NCBI GenBank assembly: GCA_031549065.1
Contig: JAVBQM010000073.1
Location: 1 to 39,568 of the forward strand
Source: Candidatus Gastranaerophilales bacterium
GTDB lineage: Bacteria > Cyanobacteriota > Vampirovibrionia > Gastranaerophilales > Gastranaerophilaceae
Length of the DNA: 39,568 nt
Reading direction: 5' to 3'
Shown here piece by piece: positions 1 through 8,633 of this stretch (the stretch's first letter is position 1; the number at the start of each line of letters is the position of its first letter). The position numbers were made by a program, and so were the translations under genes. A model generated the notes under the pieces. It was not told where the DNA came from. It saw only the letters and a program-made list of their open reading frames with translations, and did no database searches.

Positions 1-254
1 CTTGCCAATGTTCGCTTTTGCGCTTCGGCTAGTGGGATGTCTACCCATATAACCTTAATTTCAGGGTGCCGCGTTTCAAATTCAGCGATATTTTTGTTAA
101 TAATATCATTGCAAATCGGTTTTAATTGAATTGTCCAAAAAACAAATTCTTGCTTGCCTCCCTTAATTATATGGCCAAAAATTAAGCAACTTGCCCATAA
201 AATAAATAGGGGTCCCAAAATTACCGCAAAAACTACAAACACCTTTTTAGCCAT
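1..254 (-). CDS. ABC transporter extracellular solute-binding protein, N-terminal fragment (gene runs off the 5' window edge)
   Basis: My own translation of the complement from the ATG at 254-252 gives MAKKVFVVFAVILGPLFILWASC (signal anchor). It continues EFVFWTIQLKP...AEFETRHPEIKVIWVDIPLAEAQKRTLA, a typical start of sugar-type ABC substrate-binding proteins. It is absent from the ORF track because the window edge truncates it. Confidence 0.5.
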   Translation of the reverse strand, partial: MAKKVFVVFAVILGPLFILWASCLIFGHIIKGGKQEFVFWTIQLKPICNDIINKNIAEFETRHPEIKVIWVDIPLAEAQKRTLA

Positions 255-268
255 GGTAGAATTGTACC

Positions 269-1504
269 ATGAATCTTTTTAGCGAATTGGAAGAAAAAAA
301 TAAACAGGTGCCATTGGCTGAACTCTTGCGCCCTAAGACTTTAGAGGATTTTTTGGGCCAGGAAAATTTGATGAGTGAAAATTCCCCGATTCGCAACCTT
401 TTAAGCGCAAAAAGGCTCTTTTCTTTTATTTTATATGGCCCCCCGGGTTGTGGGAAAACCACGCTGGCAAGGTTAATCGCCAATTTTCACGGTGCGAATT
501 TTATTGAATTATCCGCCGTAACTTCAGGCGTTAAAGACGTGAAAGATGCTGTTGCACAAGCAAAAGAAGCGCTTCGCTCCGGCACGCTTACGGTTTTATT
601 TATAGATGAAATCCATCGCTATTCGAAAACCCAGCAAGACGCGCTTTTGCCCCATATTGAAAACGGAACGATTCACCTTATAGGTTCTACTACTGAAAAC
701 CCCTCATTCCAAGTAATTCCGGCTCTTTTATCTCGCTGCCAAATTGTTATATTAAACCCGATTAATGAAGAGGGGATGAAAAAAATTGTTCAAAAAGGTT
801 TTGATTATTTGGAAAATAAGTATCCTGATGTTGGCGCAGAACTTGAAACAGTTGAAGGTGGGGCCCTTGATACAATTGTGCAACTGGCTTTAGGAGACGC
901 ACGTTATGCTCTAAATTGTATAGAAAATTCATTTTTTGCAGTGGGACAGGATAAAAAAATTACAAAAACTTTAGTCCAAGAATTGCTTCAAAGAAGCACT
1001 TCAAGATATTCTTCCCAGGAGCATTATGATTGTGCAAGCGCTTTTCAAAAAAGTTTGCGCGGCTCTGACCCGGACGCTGCGATTTATTATATGGCGAAAA
1101 TGCTTTCTGCAGGCGAAGACCCGAGGTTTATCGCCAGAAGGCTTGTTGTTTGCGCGTCAGAAGATGTCGGCAATGCCGACTTTCGAGCCCTTTTAATAGC
1201 TCAAGCCGCTCTTGCTGTTGTGAAAGAAATCGGAATGCCCGAATGCCGTATCGCTTTATCGCAAGCGGTTGAATTTGTTGCGCGCGCGAAAAAAACCAAC
1301 CGCGCGGTTGTGTCTATAGATAAGGCCATGCGTGATGTTCAAAACGGTAAAGATTTCCCGCCCCCTCCGCATCTTCAAGATGCTCATTATAAAGATGCTT
1401 CAAAATACGGTGCGGGAATAGGGTACATCTATAGCCATTGCGACCCCTCTGCTGAACAGGAATTTATGCCCGATGAAATGCGTGGTACTAAGTATTTTGA
1501 TTAA
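269..1504 (+). CDS. rarA: Replication-associated recombination protein A (AAA+ ATPase, MgsA/RarA family)
   Basis: 411 aa. N-terminus PLAELLRPKTLEDFLGQENL, Walker A GPPGCGKTT, Walker B LFIDEIHR, and the MgsA C-terminal helical domain (DPDAAIYYMAKMLSAGEDPRFIARRL). Confidence 0.9.
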   Translation: MNLFSELEEKNKQVPLAELLRPKTLEDFLGQENLMSENSPIRNLLSAKRLFSFILYGPPGCGKTTLARLIANFHGANFIELSAVTSGVKDVKDAVAQAKEALRSGTLTVLFIDEIHRYSKTQQDALLPHIENGTIHLIGSTTENPSFQVIPALLSRCQIVILNPINEEGMKKIVQKGFDYLENKYPDVGAELETVEGGALDTIVQLALGDARYALNCIENSFFAVGQDKKITKTLVQELLQRSTSRYSSQEHYDCASAFQKSLRGSDPDAAIYYMAKMLSAGEDPRFIARRLVVCASEDVGNADFRALLIAQAALAVVKEIGMPECRIALSQAVEFVARAKKTNRAVVSIDKAMRDVQNGKDFPPPPHLQDAHYKDASKYGAGIGYIYSHCDPSAEQEFMPDEMRGTKYFD

Positions 1505-1664
1505 ATGTAACATTTTTTTAACAGTACGCAATTTTATAGCTAAAAAATACTTTTTTAATATGGAAGTGAACGAAAGAATTGAAATGTGTGCATTTTAATT
1601 TTTGAGTGAACGACATAAAAGCCCGAAGGGCTTATGTGTGTAGTTAGTTTAATAAGGAAGTATT

Positions 1665-2297
1665 ATGGGTGCTGTAACAACAGCTACTTTTGCGTTAAGA
1701 AATAGCGATAAAGCCATGCACGGTGAAGGCCTGCGTGGTGGTGTTGCTGCTGCACAGTTTGTCAATGTTACTGATATGCTCAGAGGCGGTTCCGGCCAAG
1801 TAGGCCAGTACGCTCAAAGTATTTTCGATAGCATAGATAATGTTGCTCAAGCAAGCCTTGGTGTTTCAAACGCTGCCACAAAACTCGCAAGTTTTACATC
1901 AAAAGCGGTTAATCCCTTGCTTTGTGTTGCAAGCGGGATGCGAGTTTTAAAAGATGAAGACAAAGACAAAGCCTTTACCGAAGAAGTTTGTGCTATGGGT
2001 GCGATGTTTGGGGCTGAAAAAATTGCTAAAATCGCGCGAAATGCGGCTGATAACGCTATAAAAACAGGAAGCCTGGACGATATTATAAAGAATCCGACCA
2101 TTAAAAACTTTGGTGAAAACTTAATAAGTAAAATAAATGGTATGTCGAAAGGCGGTAAGACAGCTTTGTTTATTGCAGCTGAATTGCTTTTTGTGGGAAT
2201 CTCGATTGCGGCGTTTAATAATGGCAAAAAACTGGGCCAATTGCTGACAGGCAGAAGCGAAACCGGACAAACCGAAAAACAGGCGGGTAAAACCTAG
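1665..2297 (+). CDS. Hypothetical protein, Gly/Ala-rich with a C-terminal transmembrane helix
   Basis: 210-aa ORF with a good SD (AAGGAAG, 6 nt before the ATG). It has a hydrophobic C-terminal segment (ALFIAAELLFVGISIAAF). No family recognised. Confidence 0.5.
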   Translation: MGAVTTATFALRNSDKAMHGEGLRGGVAAAQFVNVTDMLRGGSGQVGQYAQSIFDSIDNVAQASLGVSNAATKLASFTSKAVNPLLCVASGMRVLKDEDKDKAFTEEVCAMGAMFGAEKIAKIARNAADNAIKTGSLDDIIKNPTIKNFGENLISKINGMSKGGKTALFIAAELLFVGISIAAFNNGKKLGQLLTGRSETGQTEKQAGKT

Positions 2298-2405
2298 GCT
2301 TTTTTGCTCCTGTAGGCATTTCGGCCCGAGGCCTCAATTTGTCCTACGTCGCCATCGTAGTGCTATGTTCCACCGCCTCAACGGCGCTGTCACATTCGCA
2401 CCGGC

Positions 2406-4337
2406 TTACGCTTTTTTATACATTTTTGCAATCTCGTTTTTGTAAGCTTCGATTACAACGTTTTTCTTAACTTTCATGCTTTGTGTCATCATGCCATTAT
2501 CAATTGTGAACGGTTCTTTTACAAAATAAATGTCGTTTACACGTTCAAACGGTCTGAAAGCGGGACGAGATTTAATCTTTTGGTTCATCTCATTTAAAAG
2601 CATCGATTTAAAATCTTTAAGCGAATTAGGGTCAATGCCGGGTTTTTTATGCAATACGCGCCCAAGTTCGTCTTGATTGGCATAAACAAGAGCGGTTAAA
2701 CACACCATGTCTTGCCCTGTCATAACAATTTGGCTGATGTATGGAATTTGAAGGCAAGTATCTTCAAGTTCGTCCGCTTCAATGTTTTCCCCATTTTGAA
2801 GAACAATAATGTCTTTAAGCCTGCCGCAAAGCACAAGGCTGTTGCCATTTGTAAGCCAGCCTAAATCACCTGTCGAGAACCAGCCTTCAGAGTCAATAAC
2901 CGCGTCTGTTGCGGCTTGGTCGTGGTAATACCCGAGCATTAATTGCGGGCCTCTTACCATAACAAGGCCTTTTGCACCGTGCTTTAATATTTCACGAGTT
3001 GTCGGGTCAACAATTTTTACTTCTGTTTGAGGGAGCATCGGACCGACAGAATAAACTTTATTGTCCTCTTCTTTTCGAACAGCAAGAACAGGTGCAGTTT
3101 CGGTTAAACCGTAACCCACATAAAGGGCGACACCGATTGCTTCAAAAAAGTCTTCAACATGGTGCGGAAGTGCGCCGCCGCCTGAGATTCCTTTAATAAA
3201 TCTTCCGCCAAGCGCATTTTTGATTTTTTTGTAAACAAATTTCATTGCGAATTTATCAAGCGGTTTTAGTATGTTTGCAACAAAAAACGGTATAATTTTT
3301 TCCGCAGGTGCCGGTGTTGAGTTATAAACACATCTGTTTTCCAGAATTCGAAGCATTTTTTTAGTGGTTTTTGAAACATTCAATAATGTGTTAAAAATAA
3401 TCTGCGCTGCAATAGGCTTAGATTTAATTTCGGACATAATTGAATCGTAAATCGTTACCCAGATTCTTGGAACCGAAAAAAGGTAATTCGGGCGATATTT
3501 TGCCAAGTCTTTTTTAAAATTGCGTATATTGGTGTAGTGTTGTAAATTCACCCTTGAAAGCGCGTAATACTCACATGTGCGCTCATACATATGCCAAATT
3601 GGGAGAACACTGAGAACACTTTTGCCCACTTTAAGTTTAATAGCCGGGTGCACTTGGCTGATTTGAGCCAGAACATTACCGTGGCTTAACAAAATCCCCT
3701 TTGGCCTACCCGTTGTGCCTGATGAATAAACAATCGTGTACTCATCATTTTTATTGGTTTTAGGGCGCCAAAGCCTTTTATCTTTTGAAAATTCATCAAA
3801 ATCTTCAAAAGTGAAGCAAGGGATATTGATTAAATTTTTGTAACCTTTTACGTCTTCCCTGCTTCCGATGTAGATAATAAATTTCGGGTTTTTGTTTGTG
3901 AAGTTTTTAGAAAGTGCCGTGACAACCTTAACATCGTCTGTTACAAGCGCAACACTTTGCGAGTGCTCGTAGATATATTCTAATTCTGCTGCCGGTGCTG
4001 CCGAGCCTCTTACCGCGCTCACGGCGCCTGCTGCACAAATTGCCTGGTCGACCACCATCCATTTTGCGGAATTTTCGCTAAAAAGAGCGATTTTGTGGTC
4101 TTTTTTGATACCCAGTTTTTGTAAACCTGCCGCAAAAGAAATAACTTTATTGTAGAACTCTTTTGTAGTAAGGCTTAAACCGCAATATTCATCGTTTAAA
4201 AGTAAATTCTCCGGATATTTTTCTGCGATGTTTCGCCAAATATCTGTTAGCGATTCTGTCTCTTTCGCTTCATTTAAGAAGCCCAAATGCTTCTTTAAAA
4301 AATTTGGTAGCCCCAAATCATTTTTTAATAAACTCAA
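2406..4337 (-). CDS. Long-chain acyl-CoA / acyl-ACP synthetase (AMP-forming)
   Basis: 643 aa. AMP-binding signature YSSGTTGRPKG, GYGLTET motif and TGDLG motif. TTG start preceded by GGAG. Confidence 0.85.
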   Translation of the reverse strand: MSLLKNDLGLPNFLKKHLGFLNEAKETESLTDIWRNIAEKYPENLLLNDEYCGLSLTTKEFYNKVISFAAGLQKLGIKKDHKIALFSENSAKWMVVDQAICAAGAVSAVRGSAAPAAELEYIYEHSQSVALVTDDVKVVTALSKNFTNKNPKFIIYIGSREDVKGYKNLINIPCFTFEDFDEFSKDKRLWRPKTNKNDEYTIVYSSGTTGRPKGILLSHGNVLAQISQVHPAIKLKVGKSVLSVLPIWHMYERTCEYYALSRVNLQHYTNIRNFKKDLAKYRPNYLFSVPRIWVTIYDSIMSEIKSKPIAAQIIFNTLLNVSKTTKKMLRILENRCVYNSTPAPAEKIIPFFVANILKPLDKFAMKFVYKKIKNALGGRFIKGISGGGALPHHVEDFFEAIGVALYVGYGLTETAPVLAVRKEEDNKVYSVGPMLPQTEVKIVDPTTREILKHGAKGLVMVRGPQLMLGYYHDQAATDAVIDSEGWFSTGDLGWLTNGNSLVLCGRLKDIIVLQNGENIEADELEDTCLQIPYISQIVMTGQDMVCLTALVYANQDELGRVLHKKPGIDPNSLKDFKSMLLNEMNQKIKSRPAFRPFERVNDIYFVKEPFTIDNGMMTQSMKVKKNVVIEAYKNEIAKMYKKA

Positions 4338-4398
4338 TGTCTAAACTCCAAACAATACGATAATATTATAATATTATAATTTAATGGCGGCTGTCAAA

Positions 4399-5712
4399 TT
4401 ATACGCCTTCGGACAAAACTTCCACAAAGCGCTTCACAATTTCTTCTCTATATTTGCCCCCGGAGTCTTTTTTGATTTGTTCGATTGCTTCGGCTTCACT
4501 CAGCGCAGCGCGATATGGCCTGTCTGAAATCATGGCGAAATAACTGTCTGTTATTAAAATAATTTGCGAAATTAATGGGATTTCTTCCCCCTTCATATGG
4601 TTAGGGTAGCCTGTTCCGTCCCAATTTTCGTGGTGATGTTCGATTATCGGAATAATATCTGAAATTTTTGAAATGGGTTTTAAAATTTCCCGCGCTGCAA
4701 TAATCGGATGCGTGAAAACTTGCTCTCTTTCTTCGGGCGTTAATTCACCCGTTTTTTTCAAGATCTCGTTTGGAAGCATAGTATTTCCTATGTCATACAG
4801 AAGCATTGCAACTTTTAGTTTGTCGATTTCCGCTTTTGGAAGTTCAAACTTTTTAGCCAAAAGCGAAGCGAAATTTACTTTGTCTCGCGTAATGCCTTTT
4901 TCATGGTAGGGCGAATAAGATTTGTAAATTGTATCTACAACGCTGTAAAGAGTATCCTTTGTGGAAGCGCCCTGATTGAGCATCTCCTTTGATTGAAGTT
5001 TTTGACTGAGCGATTTTGCCGTTCTTGAATCGAAAGGAATACGGTGTTTTTCAAGAATTTCCACAAAAGTTTCGATTGCAACTTCTTGCCAGGACACTTC
5101 TTTTGCCGTTGTTGCCAACTTAACCTGGTTCCTGCCGGACTTTTTAGCCAGATACATTGCCCTGTCTGCAATTTCGATTAATTCGTCAATGTCGAGCGTG
5201 TGTTCAATAAACGTTGCGACACCTATACTTGCAGTGATTTTACCCACTTCATCGACCTGGCTGCTTTCAATCGATTGACGCAGCCTTTCTGCTGCAATCA
5301 TCCCGCCTGCAGCATCAATACCCGGTAAAATTACGCTGAATTCTTCCCCGCCTATTCTTGAAGCTATGTCAACAGAACGGGCGTTTTCACTAATAGCTTT
5401 TGCAATTGCGCTGATAGCTTTGTCACCCGCGGCATGCCCGTGTGTGTCGTTAATTCGTTTTAAGTGGTCTAAATCAAGCGAAATCAAAGTAAAAGGCTGG
5501 TTTAAACGCAAAGCACGACTGGCTTCCCTTGAAAGGGCGTCTTCGTAAAATCTTCTGTTGAAAAGTTCTGTGAGGGGGTCTGTTACTGCTTGTTTTTTAA
5601 CGGTTTCAAATAAGTTTGCAATTGTTATTGCAAGTTCGATTTGACGCCCAAAAAGATTCAGGAAATTAAGTTCATTTTCATTTGGCGCAATTCTTGGAGA
5701 AAACACAACCAA
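4399..5712 (-). CDS. GGDEF diguanylate cyclase plus HD-GYP phosphodiesterase; downstream part of a gene split by an in-frame stop
   Basis: GGDEF domain with active site GGEEF and an RxxD I-site (RSVD) 5 residues upstream. HD-GYP domain with HHHENWDGTGYP. The track start is a TTG. The ORF is in frame with 5731-6306 across a single TAA. Confidence 0.8.
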   Translation of the reverse strand: MVVFSPRIAPNENELNFLNLFGRQIELAITIANLFETVKKQAVTDPLTELFNRRFYEDALSREASRALRLNQPFTLISLDLDHLKRINDTHGHAAGDKAISAIAKAISENARSVDIASRIGGEEFSVILPGIDAAGGMIAAERLRQSIESSQVDEVGKITASIGVATFIEHTLDIDELIEIADRAMYLAKKSGRNQVKLATTAKEVSWQEVAIETFVEILEKHRIPFDSRTAKSLSQKLQSKEMLNQGASTKDTLYSVVDTIYKSYSPYHEKGITRDKVNFASLLAKKFELPKAEIDKLKVAMLLYDIGNTMLPNEILKKTGELTPEEREQVFTHPIIAAREILKPISKISDIIPIIEHHHENWDGTGYPNHMKGEEIPLISQIILITDSYFAMISDRPYRAALSEAEAIEQIKKDSGGKYREEIVKRFVEVLSEGV

Positions 5713-5730
5713 GCAGCCGAAAAATTCTTT

Positions 5731-6306
5731 TTAGCTAAACAGGGGTAAGAGAATTACGGATTTTGTGAGTATATTTTTTGTGGCTTCTTCGATTTTTTCT
5801 TTAGGTATATCGGGAAACGACTCGGACATGATTTTATCAACCTGGTTACACGAGGTTATTTTCCCGCTTGAAACCACTTCATCAACAATCCCGAAACGCT
5901 TGTAAGCAATTCTTAAGTCTAAAAATGATTGCCCCAGAACCGAGTTTAATCTTTCTGAAAATTCGTTATGCACAAATGTTCTGAAGGCAAAGAACTCGCC
6001 ATTTACATCTGTTTGTTTTTGAATAATACAGCTGTATAAGTACCCAAATTCGCCGTAAAGGCTTTCTGCGATTGTTTCTAAAACATTTGAAAGCGGACGC
6101 GAAGAGTTCATCATATCCCAAACATGCTCGAGTGTTAAAAGAGCTCTGTTTGCTTTGTGCAATTCCTCAGTGCGTTGGGTAATTTCTTTTTCAAGCGCCA
6201 TGTTGCGGTGGTATATCTCTATTACATCGCTTTTTGAGCTGTCTATTTTATCCTCAACTATTTTGAGGCCTTCTGTTGATTTTTTAAGCCATTCGAATAA
6301 ACCCAT
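5731..6306 (-). CDS. Coiled-coil plus N-terminal portion of a GAF domain; upstream part of the split GGDEF/HD-GYP gene
   Basis: 191 aa ending ...KSVILLPLFS*. The reading frame continues KEFFGCLVVFSP, a typical GAF core strand pair. TATAAT lies 7 nt upstream of the ATG. Confidence 0.65.
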   Translation of the reverse strand: MGLFEWLKKSTEGLKIVEDKIDSSKSDVIEIYHRNMALEKEITQRTEELHKANRALLTLEHVWDMMNSSRPLSNVLETIAESLYGEFGYLYSCIIQKQTDVNGEFFAFRTFVHNEFSERLNSVLGQSFLDLRIAYKRFGIVDEVVSSGKITSCNQVDKIMSESFPDIPKEKIEEATKNILTKSVILLPLFS

Positions 6307-6357
6307 AGCTTCTATTATATCATTTTTTCCGAATTTTGACAGGGTGTTATGATTTGG

Positions 6358-6828
6358 TTAATTTTTTAAAATACTATCTATCGGAGGTTTCTTAAAGAAG
6401 CTGGTTTTGTTTGCTTTTACCATCGCTTGTATTCCGGTGTTTTTTTGTCCTTCCATAGTTTTTATTGCAGCTTTTCTTTGCGCTGCTAATGCGTTTAGGT
6501 TTTTTTTCTCTGCTTTGGCTGCCGCCTTTGCTGCTTTTGCCGCTGCTTTCACAGCTTTTTTATCGGTTTTTTGAAAAACATCTCCGATTCGGGCATTTCC
6601 AACACCATTCTTTTTTGCTGTAAGCGCAAGAGCCGCAGTCAGCCCTAAAAGTAATACGGCTATAAAGCAATTTCTGATATTTTTCTGATTTTTTTCTTTA
6701 GCCCGATTATCGTAGTCCTCTTGCTTGTTGATGTTATTTATCGGGGCATAAAAATTTCTTTGCATCGGATGATTAAATGCTTGTCTTGTTCTGATTGGCA
6801 TATTATACATAAATAAAATCCACTTCAC
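6358..6828 (-). CDS. Hypothetical membrane-anchored protein with a Lys/Ala-rich repeat tail
   Basis: One TM helix (CFIAVLLLGLTAALALTA) followed by KAVKAAAKAAKAAAKAEKK low-complexity sequence. The start is uncertain: a GTG at 6828 or either of two ATGs just downstream. Confidence 0.45.
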   Translation of the reverse strand: MKWILFMYNMPIRTRQAFNHPMQRNFYAPINNINKQEDYDNRAKEKNQKNIRNCFIAVLLLGLTAALALTAKKNGVGNARIGDVFQKTDKKAVKAAAKAAKAAAKAEKKNLNALAAQRKAAIKTMEGQKNTGIQAMVKANKTSFFKKPPIDSILKN

Positions 6829-6969
6829 TTTCTGCCTATGTATATATAAACGTAATTAGTGTATAAAAATTGCTTCAATATTGGATAATACGGGGTTGTG
6901 TCAGCAACAAATTTTACTTTAAAGAAGGTTTGATATATAATTGTGCGCATCAAGACAGATGAGGTAAAA

Positions 6970-7305
6970 ATGGTTAATTCGGTTGTATTGGTAGGCAGAG
7001 TAGGGCAAGACCCTGAAACAAAATTTTTTGAAAGCGGCAAAGCAAAATGTACATTTTCGATTGCTGTAAACCGTTGGAACTCTAGAACCAAAGAGGAAAC
7101 AACCGATTGGTTTAACGTTGAAGTCTGGGATAAGCAAGCCGAAGTTGCGGGCCAGTGGGTAAAAAAAGGTTCGCTTGTCGGGGTTGAGGGCAGGCTGGCT
7201 GTTAATAAATGGACGGCGCCTGATGGAACACAGGCCGAAAGATTTATTATCAGGGGGCAAAACGTAAGACTTATGGGTTCAAAAAGGGATTCCGGCCAGG
7301 AATAA
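6970..7305 (+). CDS. ssb: Single-stranded DNA-binding protein, short form lacking the acidic C-terminal tip
   Basis: MVNSVVLVGRVGQDPETKFFESGKAKCTFSIAVNR...DWFNVEVWDKQAEVAGQWVKKGSLVGVEGRL is a canonical OB-fold SSB. GAGG lies 6 nt before the ATG at 6970, so the track start at 6943 is probably too early. The protein ends ...GSKRDSGQE with no DDDIPF-type tail. Confidence 0.85.
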   Translation: MVNSVVLVGRVGQDPETKFFESGKAKCTFSIAVNRWNSRTKEETTDWFNVEVWDKQAEVAGQWVKKGSLVGVEGRLAVNKWTAPDGTQAERFIIRGQNVRLMGSKRDSGQE

Positions 7306-7313
7306 GGTAGAGT

Positions 7314-8633
7314 ATGTTAATCGCTAACATAATCGGGATAATCGCAGATGACCTCACAGGCGCGAATGATACAGCTTTGCAATTCCATGCCAAGGGCTGC
7401 AACACGGAAATTCTTATTGATTACAAAGAAGTCAAAAAGTTGCGTTCAAATATCGGCGCTATTGCAGTTTCAACCGAAAGCCGCAACATTGATTCCCAAA
7501 CTGCTGCTGCAAAGACATATGAAGCTTGTGTTGCCCTGAGAGAAAATTTTGGCGTTGAACATTTTTATAAAAAAATTGATTCCACCCTTCGCGGTAATGT
7601 AGCGCTTGAAATTATTGCTGCGCTTGAAGCTACAGGGAAAGATGCTGCAATTGTGGCACCTGCTTTTATTCAAGAAGGAAGAATAACAATCGGTGGTTAC
7701 CAGCTTGTGAAAGGCGTTCCGATTGAGCGCACAGAAGCAGCTCGCGACCCGCATGTGCCGATTTACGAGTCTTCAATACCAAACATTTTAAAACGTCAGC
7801 TTGATGAAGCACAAAAAGAACAGGTGGGGCTTGTAGAACACGCTATTGTTACAAAAGGCGCCGGGCCACTTACTCTTAAAATAAATGAGCTTGTTGCAGC
7901 AGGTAAAAAGTTGATTGTTTGTGACGCAGTTTCTGTGACCGATATTGAACAAATTGTTATGGCCATGCGCAAGTGTTCTTATGATGTCTTGCCTTGCGGC
8001 TCTGCCGGTTTGGCGCAAGCGCTTTCAGACGGCTGGGTTGATGTTTACGAACAAAAACAGAACATAAACAAAAAATTTCCGCCTCTGCCGAAATTGGTGC
8101 TGTCGGGCTCTGCTACGCAGCTTTCGACTTTACAAATTAAAAAATTACAGTTTGATGATGATTTTGAAAATACCTACATTTTGAGTTTACACCTGAACGA
8201 TGTGCTTGACGGGCTTAACCCTGCGATTGTTCAGCGCGCGGCCAATAATTTAGCAAAAAATAATATTGTTGTGGTGCATGTGGGCGAACTTGAAACAGAA
8301 ATTGAAGACGAACATTCTCAGTCGCGCGAACGCTTAATTGATGAGGGTATTAGCCGTGATGACCTTGCACATAGAATAACAGATTATCTTTCGACCCTAT
8401 TGGGCGAGTTGAAAAAAGTCAAAGAGTTTATTTTGGTTACAATTGGCGGTGAAACCTCTTATAAATGCGCCAAAGCTCTTGGTGTGCAACATTTACAGGT
8501 TATCGACGCGGTGCTGCCCTCAATTCCTTTGTGTATGGATGATAATGCGCAATTAATTATTACAAAATCCGGAAATTTAGGCACCTCAACCACTTTAGTT
8601 GAAATTATGAAGTATTTTTCTGACCATGGGTAG
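7314..8633 (+). CDS. Four-carbon acid sugar kinase (DUF1537 family; threonate/erythronate-type kinase)
   Basis: 439 aa with the N-terminal GIIADDLTGANDTALQF motif characteristic of DUF1537 kinases. It overlaps the downstream PdxA-family gene by 8 nt. Confidence 0.75.
   Translation: MLIANIIGIIADDLTGANDTALQFHAKGCNTEILIDYKEVKKLRSNIGAIAVSTESRNIDSQTAAAKTYEACVALRENFGVEHFYKKIDSTLRGNVALEIIAALEATGKDAAIVAPAFIQEGRITIGGYQLVKGVPIERTEAARDPHVPIYESSIPNILKRQLDEAQKEQVGLVEHAIVTKGAGPLTLKINELVAAGKKLIVCDAVSVTDIEQIVMAMRKCSYDVLPCGSAGLAQALSDGWVDVYEQKQNINKKFPPLPKLVLSGSATQLSTLQIKKLQFDDDFENTYILSLHLNDVLDGLNPAIVQRAANNLAKNNIVVVHVGELETEIEDEHSQSRERLIDEGISRDDLAHRITDYLSTLLGELKKVKEFILVTIGGETSYKCAKALGVQHLQVIDAVLPSIPLCMDDNAQLIITKSGNLGTSTTLVEIMKYFSDHG

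Noticed and set aside
247-483. 78-aa minus-strand ORF overlapping the rarA 5' end
   Set aside because: It is antisense to the rarA Walker A region. The genuine minus-strand gene start is the ATG at 254 in a different frame, and that gene continues off the window edge.
4355-4385. Tandem ATAATATT repeats between the acyl-CoA synthetase and the GGDEF gene
   Set aside because: This is a short AT-rich duplication in a promoter-like spacer, too small and simple to call a repeat element.
5731-5733. Stop-codon reassignment (TAA read as sense) to explain the split GAF-GGDEF gene
   Set aside because: TAA terminates many well-delimited conserved genes in this window at the expected protein lengths, including rarA, tuf and the tmk-like gene. 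A changed genetic code is therefore not supported.
6480-6560. Nucleotide-level repeat (gctgc/gccgc/tttgc units) that could suggest a tandem repeat or CRISPR-like element
   Set aside because: It is the coding sequence for the Lys/Ala-rich low-complexity tail (KAAAKAAKAAAKAEKK) of ORF 6358-6828. There are no spacer-repeat periodicity or cas genes.
6825-7260. Minus-strand ORFs 6825-7091 and 6919-7260
   Set aside because: They are antisense to, or overlap, the clearly recognisable ssb gene and its promoter region. They have no SD and no family resemblance.
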